From positions 40,516 to 104,515 of the forward strand of contig DF237263.1 in assembly GCA_000708835.1 (NCBI GenBank): a DNA stretch of 64,000 nt, in the 5' to 3' direction. A model generated the notes under the pieces. The model was not told the DNA's origin, made no database searches, and saw only the letters and a program-made list of their open reading frames with translations. The translations under genes and the position numbers were made by a program. How positions within the stretch are numbered: position 1 is the first letter of the stretch; each line of letters starts with the position of its first letter. Source of the DNA: Klebsormidium nitens (lineage: Eukaryota > Plantae > Klebsormidiophyceae). This document shows positions 30,701 to 43,084 of this stretch, in pieces.

Positions 30701-33700
30701 AAATAGTCTAAAATCTTAAGATGGCCGAGGACCTTGCCGGCAACATAAGGTTCGAGACTGATTGGCCCCCGTTTCACTCATACACCCCGAGTACCTTCGG
30801 GAGAAAGTACTTGCTTTCAGAGGCTAAGCAAGCCTTGGAACCTTGACTAGATGCGTCTGGCAGATGGAACGTGCAAAATCGGTTCTGCCGCACAAACCTT
30901 CCAAAGCACAGAACCCTCAACCAGTCTTGGCCCCTTTTGCAGAATCTAGTACCAGGGGCCCCTCAGAAACGCCGCCCCCGCCCGCCGGGCCCCTCTCCGA
31001 GGCGCAGCAAAAGACCCACTCCAGCCGTTCCGCAATCGCCCAGCTAACCCTGCAACTAAACCCCCCGTCCTCCCGCCTGGTTATCAACCTTGACCCGCTC
31101 CGGTTACCGCCACCCCCGCCGCAGCACCAGGGCTCGACGCGCAGCTCGAAGCGCGGCTCCTCCGCTCCCAGCTCGCCGCACGCGGCCGCGCCGCGGCGCT
31201 TCTCGCACGCGCGCGCGCACGGCGCGAAGCTCAGCCCGAAGCCGTCGGCGCTGGCGGCGCTCAGCCCCGTCGCGCAGTTCATGCTCGGTTTCGCGGCCAC
31301 GCACGAGCGCGCGCGCACGCCGCGCGGGGGCCACGCGGCCGCCGGGCCGAGGCTCGTGAGGGAGGCGTCGCTTTTGGGACACGCGGCGATGGTTGGGAGG
31401 AAGACGGGAGAGTTGACTGGAAACGGTGTAACCGAGAAGGTGAGCATTCAATTCGAGAAGAGGAGAAAGGGGGAACATTGAAGTTTGCAGGCTGCAGCTT
31501 CCGACGGGCATGATCTAGCAGAGAAGGACAGCAACTATGAGCAAGATTCTTGCTGAGCATTCAGTATGTCCGTGCGCCAGTTTCGAAGTCGAGAAAAAGC
31601 TCTTGAAGGCGATCGGCTTTCGTATTGTCCAGACGACATAAGTAAACAATCAAGGAGCTTGCAGGATTCAGCTTTGCAGGTAAGATAATTTACTTGACCT
31701 GTCTTTGAACTGCTTAGAAGCTACACAAGGGAGAAGCCCGTCTTTTTCGCTCAAGGAGATCGGAAACCGCACTCTTTCGAATCTCCTAAGTGAAGCTCAG
31801 TCCCAACTCCAAGAATCAGTCGAATGTTGAAAAGCGCTAAGTAGCCTGCGGTTCGAGTGGCTTGTAGTTTTTGCCCAAAGCACCCGCCTCCCGGGTGCAA
31901 ATACTCGGGCACGATTACAAACCATTTGTTGAATCACGTTAAAGTGAGATAATTTATGATGGTTTGATTGGCCTTCCCCCGGTGCAGAAACCCCCGGTCC
32001 CAGCGGAGCGGTCCCTCTCCAGCCTCTCCTTCGAGTCCACGATTCCCCGCTTGCACACTGAGTTCGACACGCTGCGCCAGCGCATGCGCGATGATCTGCG
32101 CGCGCGGCTCGAAGCGCTAAGAGCGCGGCGCGAGCGGTGTATCGAGTCGCCCCGCTTCATGGGCACGGTGAGTGGGTTACGTTATCTGTTCTTCGTTTCA
32201 ACTCTTTGCAACCAAGTAGATCAATCGAGTAGCGGAACGGCTCGAAGCGGTCAGGGCTCGGCGCGAGCGGTGCATCGAGTCGCCTCGCTTCATGGGGCAT
32301 GGTAAGGGGTTCCGTTTCTGGTCTTTCGTTTCCGCTCTAACCAGTGGATTGATGGACTAGCAGAACGGCTCGAAACGCTCAGAGAGCGGTACATAGAGTT
32401 GCCCCGCTTCATGGGCACGGTAACAAGGTTTCGTTCCCGGTCAAATTGCTTCCGTTCACCGTTCTACTTTATTCAGCGCGTCGCTTTGCGGGGCGGGCGG
32501 TTGCAAGGGCTCAGAGCGCGACGCGAGCGGGGCAATCAATCGTTCCGCTTCATTGGCACGGTGAGAGGGTTCCGTATCCGGTCCTCCGTTTCCGTTCAAT
32601 TCCGCTCAGTGGATAAAGTGGCTAGGGGAACCGCTCGAAGCGCATCGAGCGCGGCGCGAGCGGTTCTATCGACCACCCCGCATCATGGGGGCACGGTGGC
32701 GGGGTTCCGTTTCCGATCCAGGGTTCTTCTTTCCGGTCTCTTCGCTTTTGCTTTGGGCTTAAGGTGAGTATGCTTGTCGCGAGATAAAACGGCTGAGAAG
32801 GGCCAGAGCGGTGCATAGAGTCGCCAGACTTCATGGACACGGTGAGAGGGTTCGTTTCCGGTTGCATCGCTTAAAGAGTTAGTCTACACTGTGCGGCGCA
32901 TTTGTCTTGCTTGCGGTTAGTAGAGCTGAAGCGGGCATGGTCAGAGTTTCTTGTTTATTGGTGCAGGAATTTCGTCCCCTGGCTTCCGTTTCCGCTTTAT
33001 CGTTTAATCAGAAACTTCTCACGATCGGACCGCTGCGCGCGCGCTCGGAGCTGGATCTACCTGTTCTGATCTGCACTCTTGGTCTGTTCAGGTGTCGAAA
33101 CTGCTCGTGAGTCAAATTCGGAACGTCGGCCGCTCGTATCCAATCCACACGGAGGGGATCTGGTGAGTTTGACTCTGTCATATGCTTTAAATGCGACGCC
33201 TGTCACGTCGAACCTGCAGCATTTTAGCACCGAAACTTTCCGTTTGCTTAGGGCTGACCTCTGCACCAAGTGATTTGTATGTTATCCATCCTCGGTCACG
33301 AACCAGGCACCCAGGTTCCGACCAAAAGTTTGGTACAGCGGAACCGATCGGTTCCAGGTACAGCAATAACGCCCGGTTAAAGACCAACCTCTGATACAAG
33401 GGCTTGCAAAAAGCTCTATTCTGCTCAACAAGAGGCACGCGAGCCTCCGTTTTATCGCAATAGACGAAGGTCATTCGAGGGTATGAAAGGAGTTTTGATC
33501 AGCAAGGGTGGACAAATGGACATCCAATGAGATATCCTTCATTCTTTCTGAAGAACGACCGGGTGGATATGTGCATCTAAACCAGGAAACCCACGCGCAG
33601 GGACCTGGCCAAGTCGTCGCTGCAGGAGAGGGGCGAGCTGCTGCGCGCGTGCAAGAGGAGCAACAGAACAACGCGCTCGATTTATTCAAATCTGGGTTAG

Positions 33701-35220
33701 CTTCTGACTAGGTTTGAAATCTCCTCGCAGGGACCTGGCCAAATCATCGTTGCAGGAGAGCGCCGAGCTGCTGCGCGCGCGCAAGGAGGAGCAGCAGAAC
33801 AACGCGCTCAACGTGTTTTACATGCAGCTGTGCGCGCTCGTCCAGGCGCAGAACACGACGGACAACATCATGGTGCTGCTCGTGCAGAAAGCGAGAAGGT
33901 GCGACATTGAATGTAGACTGGTGGTGCTCCTGTGTTTGTGATGCAGAATTGCCGGAAGGTAGACGCAGAACAAGGAAAGTCGAAACATGCATCGGGCCGG
34001 GCAGACAAGCTTGATTGCAAGTTAGTACAAATTGGGGGAAGAAAAAGGAAAAACAAGAAAGTTTTTCCACGGAGGATTGGATGCATCGGCTGACCGAGAC
34101 ACTGCCGTTGTTTGAACGCTCTGAGCTTTTGAAACGCTCTACAGTAGCTGCAGAAGAACAGTCTCGTTGGAATTACGTCAAAAAGTTGGGTCGAAGAAAC
34201 TTTCAGAGTAACTTAAATCGAGCACAGAAAGTCGGAAGAAGTTCCGCCAGCAGATCAGCTGGTGACAACCGGAAGGTTCCATTACATTCAGCAACCTGCT
34301 CATTGGCCCTTGCTCCTCATTTTGCAGTCTACTCGAAAATGGTTGGACCCTTCAAAGGCCCTTCTTATCCGAGCTCTGTCGATACATCGCCCAAGTCGAA
34401 GGTAAGAGTCATGTCACCTGCGCGATCATTCGCGGCGAATCTTGCAAAGCTTCCCACCTTGTCTTCGCCCCCGTTTCTAGCAGTCTTGTGTCTATTCCCC
34501 TCTCTGGACACAACTGAAAACTGACGAACCGTTAGAAAGCTGCTAACCGGTTCTTTCGCGCGAAGCCGTTAATTGAAAGAAGTAGCCCTTGAGTACTGTT
34601 CCAAATACTTGTTTCAAGGTTTATCCTCCACGAGAAAGAGCTAATTCTCTGGGGCCTTCAGCAGCATCGAGAACAGGGTCTGGGATACGTCAGAATATAG
34701 CAGGATGGATCATCAAATCAAACTGTCAGAAATGGTCTTTATGCAGAGACGTCCATCTTCGGCAGCAATCCCTGCCTCCTTCCCGTGCTGCACTTTATCC
34801 GGCGGCGGCTATGCCTTCCTGTTCCCGAGCTGAATCGGATCCTGCGCGAGGCCGGAATTGTGTTTGGTTCGGCTGGGCGGTTGATGCACAGAGAGATTGG
34901 TGAGTCGGACGTTTTCGTTTGTCTGCCGGCTCGTCATGCTGAATCACCATGCTAGGAAGGATTGAATGGGCAACTTGACTGGACAGGTCGGTTGAGAAAC
35001 GGAGCCGTTTGAGCAAATTTTCAGCCACAATCAGATTTTGAAAGCTTGTGCTGCATCCAGGAAAGTCGCAGGCTCTGTCTTGTGTCAATTGCTTGTTCGT
35101 TTCCCGATTCGGCTTAGGGAAATTCTTGACGTCACTGTACGTCACTTGATGCATCTTCTTTTTCCCTTGCTTGCAGATACTCTTGGTAACATAACGCTGC
35201 AGAAGCTGAAGCCGGTGTAG
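27756..35220 (+). CDS. Uncharacterised 14-exon protein, ~747 aa; low-complexity N-terminal two thirds, predicted helical/coiled-coil C-terminal domain
   Basis: Exons 27756-27968, 28126-28239, 28454-28593, 29068-29314, 29545-29704, 30195-30255, 30494-30536, 30864-31439, 31988-32167, 33092-33162, 33731-33898, 34328-34401, 34747-34899, 35177-35220. All GT-AG, phases chain without a stop (2244 nt). No family recognised. Confidence 0.65.
32239..32860 (+). repeat. Five degenerate tandem copies of the 3' end, donor and intron start of exon 31988-32167
   Basis: Unit ggctcgaagcg..gcgcgagcgg..cgcttcatgggcacg|gtgag.gggtt.cgt; donor-equivalent GT at 32168 (real), 32302, 32420, 32561, 32696, 32842. Confidence 0.92.
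33601..33685 (+). repeat. Intronic copy of the acceptor and first ~28 codons of exon 33731-33898
   Basis: cgcag|ggacctggccaagtcgtcgctgcaggag.. at 33596 vs cgcag|ggacctggccaaatcatcgttgcaggag.. at 33726; the copy has two 1-nt deletions. Confidence 0.92.
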
Positions 35221-35927
35221 AGTGGGTCATGTAAGTGGCCCGGCTGGCACGGTAAGGGCTTAGCGTCGAGGTTACGAAAGGGCGGCCAGCTAGCACTATT
35301 GCAGAGGTCGTCAAAAAAGTAAGATTCGGAGTCCATGAATAAGCTAGGGACGCGTGCCTGAGGGCCGGAGTCGCAACTTGACTCAGTGAAGCCCGTCAAT
35401 CTAGCAGCTTGTCATGTAGATTCGTTGCACTGCAGCTCCCGGCACGTGCGACCTCTATGCCATGCAGCACTGCAAGCATGCAGCGAACAACTTGAGCATC
35501 TTTGTACCCCAGCATGTTAGTACGTGCATGAGAGCATATGTACTAGCTCGCACATGGATGTCGTGTCGGAAGTTGATTGCAAGCTGGTGCACCAGGCATG
35601 CCAGCAAACAGTGGCCGGTGAACCCTGATCAGTCGGTTCGGCATACCGTACCACTGAGCATGATCGCCACACAAGTGCACATGTGTGTAGATCCTTCATA
35701 AGTTTGCAACGGTTAGTTTGGCATGACTAAGTTCAATGCCGGAAGCCTAGAATGGGGAGGCAGACATGTGGTCCAGGCTGACCAGCAATTGCGAACTTCC
35801 GACGAGAATATGGAAACCGTGCGCATGTATGGGAGACGTTGAATCGCTAGTCAAGAATGCCATGATGACGTACCAGACGGTCTGCTTTTATCTATGATAA
35901 GGAGCTACAAGAAAAAGAGGTTCCAAG

Positions 35928-38620
35928 TCATCGCGGGCCAGGCACGACCATGTGGTCGCGTAATACGTAGCCGTCAGGATCGGAGGGACTGGATCCAGGC
36001 CTGCAGGATACATAGAACTCCAGTATCAGCGGCAAACCCCAATCCGAACCTTCCAAGACCCCTGCCTGATGGTTCTGAGAAACATTGGGCCGCATGAGAA
36101 TACTCTGCTGCTTATTTCCAATGAAAACGCAACCTCTGAACAAGAATGCAGACTCCACAAATTGGCGCTCTGGCTTGAAACTCTTATTCAGATTCGAGGA
36201 AGAAGCAAACATTTGACGAGATCCTCCGAATCTGTAGGCTTGATCAAAGGGTGAAGGGACAGATAGAGTACGTCCCTTTGTGAGACTCACTTTTTCTCGA
36301 TGACCCCGTGGTGAACTCCAAACGCCCCTCGTTCGATATCTTCGATGTACTGCGGATACCGAACCGAGCCATTCAGTTGACGGGCCTGAACTCCGTCTTT
36401 ACACTTCTCTATGCCAGATTCGCACCCCTTTTTCCATGTCCTTAAGAAAGAGAGAACGTGCCAGATCATCGTGAATCGGGTGAGAACGGAACCGCTGAGT
36501 CTGGCCTCGTGTCCAAACTGCAAGGATCTAAACTCTGCTCCATATTGTCGAACACAAACCCCACGAAGTAGACGTCCGGCTACTACATAACAGACGACCC
36601 GGAACATAAGACTCGCTCATGCAACATGCGAAAAGGAGGACCCTTTTGAGAGAGACTTCTGCCGGGCAATCTGAGAAGCCCCACGAACAGCTTACAACTA
36701 TCGTGCACAAGCTCACCTTTTTCAGCACGACGGTGACCGATGTAAACGCCAGCAAGTCCCAGGGGATCTCGTCCAGCGCAAACAATCGGACGTCGAGCGA
36801 CTCTGGTCCTGGCTTGAAGTCCGCCTTCTCCAGCTCGCCCCGGAATATTATGTAGCTCTGCTCTGCGTGGAAAGATTGCCGGTTTCAGGAGCAAAGAGAA
36901 TCTCAGAAAACCGTCTCGAACCTAGCCAAAATGACAAGAAGATGCTCTACGAAAGGGGCCGATCATGCTGGACTATCGATCCTGATGTTCTTGCAGGGCT
37001 TCAGTTTTCCACGCCAGCACACTTCGGAAAGTTGTTGTTGACAACTTGTCTACTGATTGCAAATGCTTGGACACAAGGACGATTCTGTTGCCACAGTCTC
37101 GAGACATTTGGCAGTCAACGGCGCTGCGACGTGGGTCACACCCACCTGTCCTATCAGGGGAATGTCGAGATGCGCATATGGCGCCACAATGTGAACAATT
37201 GTCAGCGCTTCTTCCTGCGTTTCCCTAGCGGCGCCCTCTGCTGCCGACTCTCCCAACTCCATGAAACCCGCGGGGAGGGTCCAGAGGCCCAACGAAGGTT
37301 TGATGGCGCGCTTGCACAAGAGGACCTTGTTGTCGTAGCTCGCAACACATCCTACCACCTGCAAGGGCCACAGATACTAATTTCTTTACAGAAAGTTGAC
37401 AGACAATTGCGGGCCATCCTTTCTTCAGTAACAATGGGAGTTAGCAGGCTCGTTGTAGATCGAACTTGCAGAGAAGAGTTCGCTATCTTACATTGAAACG
37501 CAGAAGAGCATGATTGGCAGGAGCCAGGGCAACATTCAAAGCAGGGACATCGCGGCACGAAGCAGGTAAAAGGAACGCCTGCTGTTTTATCTAGAGGAAG
37601 AGCTTTCCAGGGAGACGAAATGCATAGAATTGAAGCGGCAGACTCAGAATGCTGCAAAAGAAGATCTCAACTACTTAGCCTGCCAAATCTGGACCACTGT
37701 TCCATTATAAATGATTTGCCCCGCAATTCCTGCTTTTCACCACTTGACTCTCTTGAGTACCAGTTTACCGTTCAGGATGAGTGGTCGCTTGACGTAAGTG
37801 CAATAAGTGACACCACCATCAACATCTCTCCTCCTTTGAATCTCTTCATCGTCGAGCAATAATGATCGAGCGAAGAAATAAATTTTCCGGTGACGTTATT
37901 GTCTGGTGCTTCCGAAACTCACCATCTTGGGATTGACATAGTGGACCTTGTGGCACTGGGTACAGACTGCTCTCTCTTCAACCTCCCCTTCAGGAACCTG
38001 CTTTGAAACTTGTCCTCCACATGATGGACAGAAGTTGATGGGGGTGGAGTATACCTGGACAGAGGATTAAGCTTCACTGCTAAGAATGCATACGTTTTTT
38101 AGTGCCGTATCGTCTATGAGTGGTCTAATCTGCATTCCACACAAGTTTGTGGCTTTAATTATCCAAATTTGCACCAGAGTGGACTCAATTGTCCATCCAC
38201 AGCTTGCAATTGATTCAAATCATGAGACCGCTCCAAAGATCTCTTCTATCGACCTACCTTTGGTTTTGTGGTGCTTTCCCCATTCCCCCCTGAGGCTGCC
38301 ATGTGCACTCCGGCCCTCCCAGCTACATGTAAATCCTTCTTTCCTTTCGTTCTTTCTAAATAACAAGTAGGTAGACTTGTGCTCAGAGACAGCAGTGGCG
38401 GAAGCAAAACCTTCTTCCAACTTGCTTGTTGCCTTTTACCAAGAATGGACGTTTCAAGCAGATCCCACGGAGGCCAAGACGTGGCTGCAGAATGAAGTCG
38501 TCTGCCTGATTGAGCCAAAGGCATAGGAACGGGACCATTAGTGACCCGTTCCACCAGAGTGGCCGCCATGCAGGACCAGCACGGGGACCTGAGAGCTTGC
38601 GCGAGCGGCCTAGATAACAT
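35928..38620 (-). CDS. NUDT23: Nudix hydrolase 23-like (zinc-ribbon + Nudix; FAD/ADP-ribose pyrophosphatase family), ~275 aa, probable organellar targeting peptide
   Basis: Exons 38411-38620 (tentative first), 37923-38054 ([24 protein letters not shown]), 37146-37358 ([31 protein letters not shown]), 36717-36857 ([18 protein letters not shown]), 36291-36349, 35928-36000 (PGSSPSDP). Confidence 0.9.
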
Positions 38621-39051
38621 CTGTTGGAGACCTGTACGGACCTGGTTGAACATTCAAGCTCAGAGAGGAAGGTCCTTGGCCGCCATGTTCGCAATGCTGC
38701 TGAATGCTGCTGACAATCTGCCTGCATGAGGCGCCCCCTTCCCATTTGCCCAGAGCTCTGCATGCAACCGCTGAAGCCATGGCCCCCTTTTGCCAAATTG
38801 GCATTAGGGTTTGGGTTTTGACAGGGTTCGTATGTGGGTTGATACTTTTGCTCGCACGCAGACACAGCTTCGCAGAGCCGAGTTATGAGTTTCGGGTTGC
38901 CATTGAAAGCGGTTAGACCTGTGGTAAAAGTGCCGGGTTCAGTGTTTTGCAGTTTTATAGGGAATTTAGGGTTTTTCCTTTTTCCTTTGGGGGGAAGAAA
39001 GTGGCAGAAAGGCTCTGCATTCTCATTTGAATCTTCCCATATTGTGCTGCA
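38621..39051. promoter_or_regulatory. Putative bidirectional promoter between NUDT23 and CCDC93 with two telo-box-like motifs
   Basis: Head-to-head ATGs ~430 bp apart; TTAGGGTTT at 38804-38812 and TTTAGGGTTT at 38965-38974. Confidence 0.55.
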
Positions 39052-42000
39052 ATGGCGGTCCCAAGCAATCCTACCGCCTCCCTCGCAGCTCAGGTAGAGC
39101 ATATAGAGAAGCAGCTGGAGAAGCTGCAAGCGAGAGTGCAAATTGCCGAAGGGAAGCTCAATGCAGGCCAATACGAGATTGAAAACAAGGTGAGAATACA
39201 CAAGTGCAGATTAGAAGCTGGTCAGATTGTTCGTCGGAAGCAGTGCAGAATTTGCAGGTTGAACTGCAATCTTGAGCATCACCAACTCAAGATCTTTGCT
39301 GATCAGCCAGCATGGATGCTCTGTTTGCCTCCTTACCCTCTGACCAAAATGAAAAGTTCAGTGGTTTGCATGGTGGCAGGTTTTGAAGTAATGTGCTTGC
39401 GCCAGCTCGAAGGCTTCAGCATTGTTGTGCAATGTTTCATATCCACCACCGTTTGCACAATGCAATCGGTACAGCAGACAGCAGGCAATCGAGTGCCACA
39501 ACCTTTCCATCTTATATGTACGTAGTGAACTAGCTGCGTCCTTTCTAGATCTGCTTCTTATCGGACAGCATGACATTCGGTCAACCCCCCATTCCTTCTC
39601 ATACTCTGATTGTACAGCGCGCGTACAACGCACGAGCGGTCACAGAAACGCAAAAGCTACAAGAAGAGATAGAGGCTAATGGGGTGAAAGACGCAGTAGA
39701 ACAGCTGCTTCCTTTGGTCAGGCGCAAGGCCAGCCTTGCAGCAGAAGAGAAAGCGTTTAAGGCTTCCTGCAAAGCAAAGAGGGTGCAATTGGAGCATGAG
39801 ATTGAGGACCTGAAAGTGAACCCCCCAGAGCCAGAGGCGGACAGCCGCAGTCAGGAACTAGAGGCGGCTTGGAAAGCTGCTGTTGCAGAAAGAGACGAAC
39901 TGAAAAAGGTAAGTGTCTGAACAGCAATCAACGGTTGCGAGTCAAGAGGTGGCTTGATGGAAGCGGAGCGCTGCCTACTAACCAGTTTCAATGGCTCAGA
40001 AAAGAGTGGGCAGACATTTGATCTTAGGGCTTCATGTGTGAGTGAAGAGACTCTATTTTGATGAAACAAAGCTGCCGCCTGGGTTCAACGTTTGCAGTAC
40101 GACTGAGTCAGACTCTGGTTTCCAGCATTGGGTTCCAGCATCTCAGAACAAGTGGGAGCGGGTTTTACTTCTTGAGCTCGGTGCAAGGTATCAGCGAGCC
40201 ATCGTTTTATACAACTTGCGCTCAGCTTTCTAAGATGGCTTTTGTCGTCTGCTTTTCACCTTTCGGGTTTGCTTCTTGGCCGTGTCTTGACTTGTTTTTG
40301 TGGTGTTTGAAGGAACTTGGCAAGAAGCTGCGGGGCATCTTGCTCCTTGAGCGGAAGTTGGACGAGATTCCGTCAGGTTTGGAGCTGATGCAGTACGAGA
40401 AGCGCTTCGTGGAGCTATACGAACAGGAACAGGTATGTTTATCGAAGTTCAAGCTGTCAATTATTCAGGATCTCACCAAGCCACAGCTTTCATGAAGTTC
40501 TCGTCCCGGCGTGGATATTGGTCACCTAGAAAAGTCGAGGCCGTTCTCTTGAGGAAACTGCAGTCTTCCGACTTAAGGAGACTGTCGCTGATCCTCTTAG
40601 CTATGGTTTCTGATACTGACAAACTGAGCAGTCTCAGTCTGGGTTGAACAATCTGTATGCCTATCCTTTTGACTTGGACGTCAAAGTTGAGGAAAGAAAC
40701 ATGTCAAACCATTCCGTGACAGGCCTTTGAAAGAATTCTGATACTACATGCTCCAAACCCCGTTGCATCAAAACTATCTGAAACGGCCCTCTCGCCTGTG
40801 CCACGGATTGACTGCCGTTTGATTTGACTGCAGTCCCCTTCTTTCTTGCACTCTTTGAGAGGGAACTTCAAGTTTTCAAGAAGCTGATCTTAAGCTGCTA
40901 CATTTTGCGTATGCCTTCAGGGAAAGCTCCAGGAGACACGGCGCTTTTACAACACGTACAATTCGCTCACGGACGTCGGCAAGTTCACGCAAAAAGAGAC
41001 GTCTCTACTGAACTCCATAGAAGGCCAGGTATGGAAGCTCCGGTCCCTCCGACCGTCTCTCTGACCGCAATACCTGAGGGTATTGTCCTTCAATACTCTC
41101 GCAGCTGTTGTAAGGATGTTGGATCAATCCCGTTAGCGTAAACTTCCATCAAATCTTACTTGTAGTGAACATCTTGATTGGGCGATAGACATGGGCAGGG
41201 ACAAAATCTCACGTGTCTCCAGGTCTGTCCCGAGTTTCGCAGCTTAACGTACTAGATCATCACTGGGCCTTCACAGTGCCTGAGCTCAGTCTTCAAGTGG
41301 CATCAAGTTGCGAATACGATACAGAGCAGATGCAAAGTCCAAGAATATAACTGGGTCACTTCGGTCATTGAAATCGTCCTTATCGTTCTCGGTCACTCCA
41401 GTTTGATCAGGCCATCTCCTTCCCTGCGGGGCGCACCAAGCTCGTCGAGTCAATGGAGGGGATTGCGGCGAGCGTGAAGCAGGCAAGGGTTCCGCTGCTC
41501 ACATCTGTTCAATGTTGCGTTCAGACTGACGTATGAAATCCGTCCCTGATTGGTGTTTGCGGCCCTGACGGGATATCTCGTTCACCGCTATCTTTTAGCT
41601 GTGCCAGAGGTGCTTTTGTCGGCCACGTCCAATCCAGGGCCTTTGTACGGAGACTGTTTTGGTGGTCAGCTTCGAATCCTACATCAAACCGCAGTTTCGC
41701 CCCCTTTTCAACGAACAAAAGGTCAGGTAGAAAGTAAGGCTAACCAAGGGGCGGGGGAGTCGTCCCGAGGCAGCTTATCACCAAACGCCATCCCCTCACG
41801 ATCGTAAACCTTTGTAACGATTGACGTTTCTTAGTGATACTTGGCGCAGACGCTTTCCAAGGCGACTCAGAGGCTGGACGAGGACCGGCGGTCGTTGACG
41901 GCGCTGCAGGCGCAGCACGCGCAGCTGCTGGACGCAGAGAGACTGTACCACACACGCGTCAGAGAGTTTCAGGTGAGCCGCAGTTCCGCTTCAGTCGTAT

Positions 42001-42427
42001 CTCTCGTATCTGGACAGTCTGGGGAATATCAGACTTTGTGTCGAACCTGGTACTGGTCACCAGAAACCAACGCGGGTTTCTCGACGCTATTAGGGCCGTT
42101 CGTTTTGTTATGTGTTGGGCCGTCCGGAGGTTTACTGGTTGGGAAGGGTTGTCGTTGATTGGTACCAGGTTTGACGCAAAGCGCGAACGTGTTGTCCATT
42201 GGCGTAAGCCTGTTTACCTGGGTTGGCTTTCCGACTTTCGGGCATCAAACGTGCATCTCAGACCCTCCTGATCGAAACGGTCTGGCCAGATCAGGGGTAA
42301 AGCTTGGTGTCATCTGTGACAGTCAAACCATTTTCTAAACCATGTTCTGTGATTGTCGCAGGTTGCTTGTGACCGGAACGAAGAACTAAAGAAACAGGTA
42401 ACCACGAGGCCTGAACAAGTAACGTAA
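39052..42427 (+). CDS. CCDC93: CCDC93-like coiled-coil protein (CCC/Commander complex), short form, ~308 aa
   Basis: Exons 39052-39189, 39618-39908, 40313-40432 (LERKLDEIPSGLELMQYEKRFVELYEQ), 40921-41028 (TRRFYNTYNSL..KETSLLNSI), 41402-41482 (GC donor), 41850-41972, 42362-42427. Matches the conserved CCDC93 C-terminal coiled coil. Confidence 0.88.
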
Positions 42428-43084
42428 TCAGAGGGGCAAACAACCTTGCATCGCTGCTGTTGAGAAGGTTTCGAAGAGGGTCGCAATGGTACCACATGAT
42501 CGTCGTACAATTCAATTGCGGAAGGGCTTTATCCCAACCAGCTCTCTCCGACTTGGCCCCCCATGGATAATGGCTGGCAAACGTAAACTGCATGCGTGCC
42601 AATCGTTGAATGTCTTTGTCGCGCACCAGACAACAGATCAATTTGTCGCAACACGCAGTGCGCCCATGAGTCGGCGGCCGATTCCAATCATGATGCAGGT
42701 CGTACTAATAGCTAGCTGGAACGATCCGGCGAAGGCTCGATTGGTGAAAGGATCAGCCTTAGGAAATTTAACTTCTGGGGTTATGCCTCGCGCGGTCCCA
42801 TGTGCATTGCATGAAAGAATGAATGATAGTATGGTGTCATGCGTGATATGTATCCTTCTTAATTATTCTACACGCTGCAAGGCCATATATGCTGCACTAA
42901 TTGCATATTGGCAGTGGGGCAACTTGAAAGGTTGTATACCTTGCAATTTCTCAGGAAGTATGTTAATATTTAAACCGGCCACAAAGCTTGGCCGAGACAG
43001 CTAAGCATATGTTCTATCGACCTTCTCAGATTCACGGCAGTTGCCTACCCATAAAACATCACCAAATCGTTTTCAGTGCATGCG

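Noticed and set aside
32100-32860. Regularly spaced repeats as a CRISPR array
   Set aside because: Units are degenerate ~135-bp copies of an exon/donor in a spliceosomal intron; there are no identical short repeats with unique spacers and no cas genes.
35440-35720. TGCA/CATG-rich intergenic patches (also ~25700-25800, ~42800-42960, ~57930-58320) as a shared repeat family
   Set aside because: Similar composition but no alignable shared sequence or terminal repeats seen; may be old deaminated DNA.
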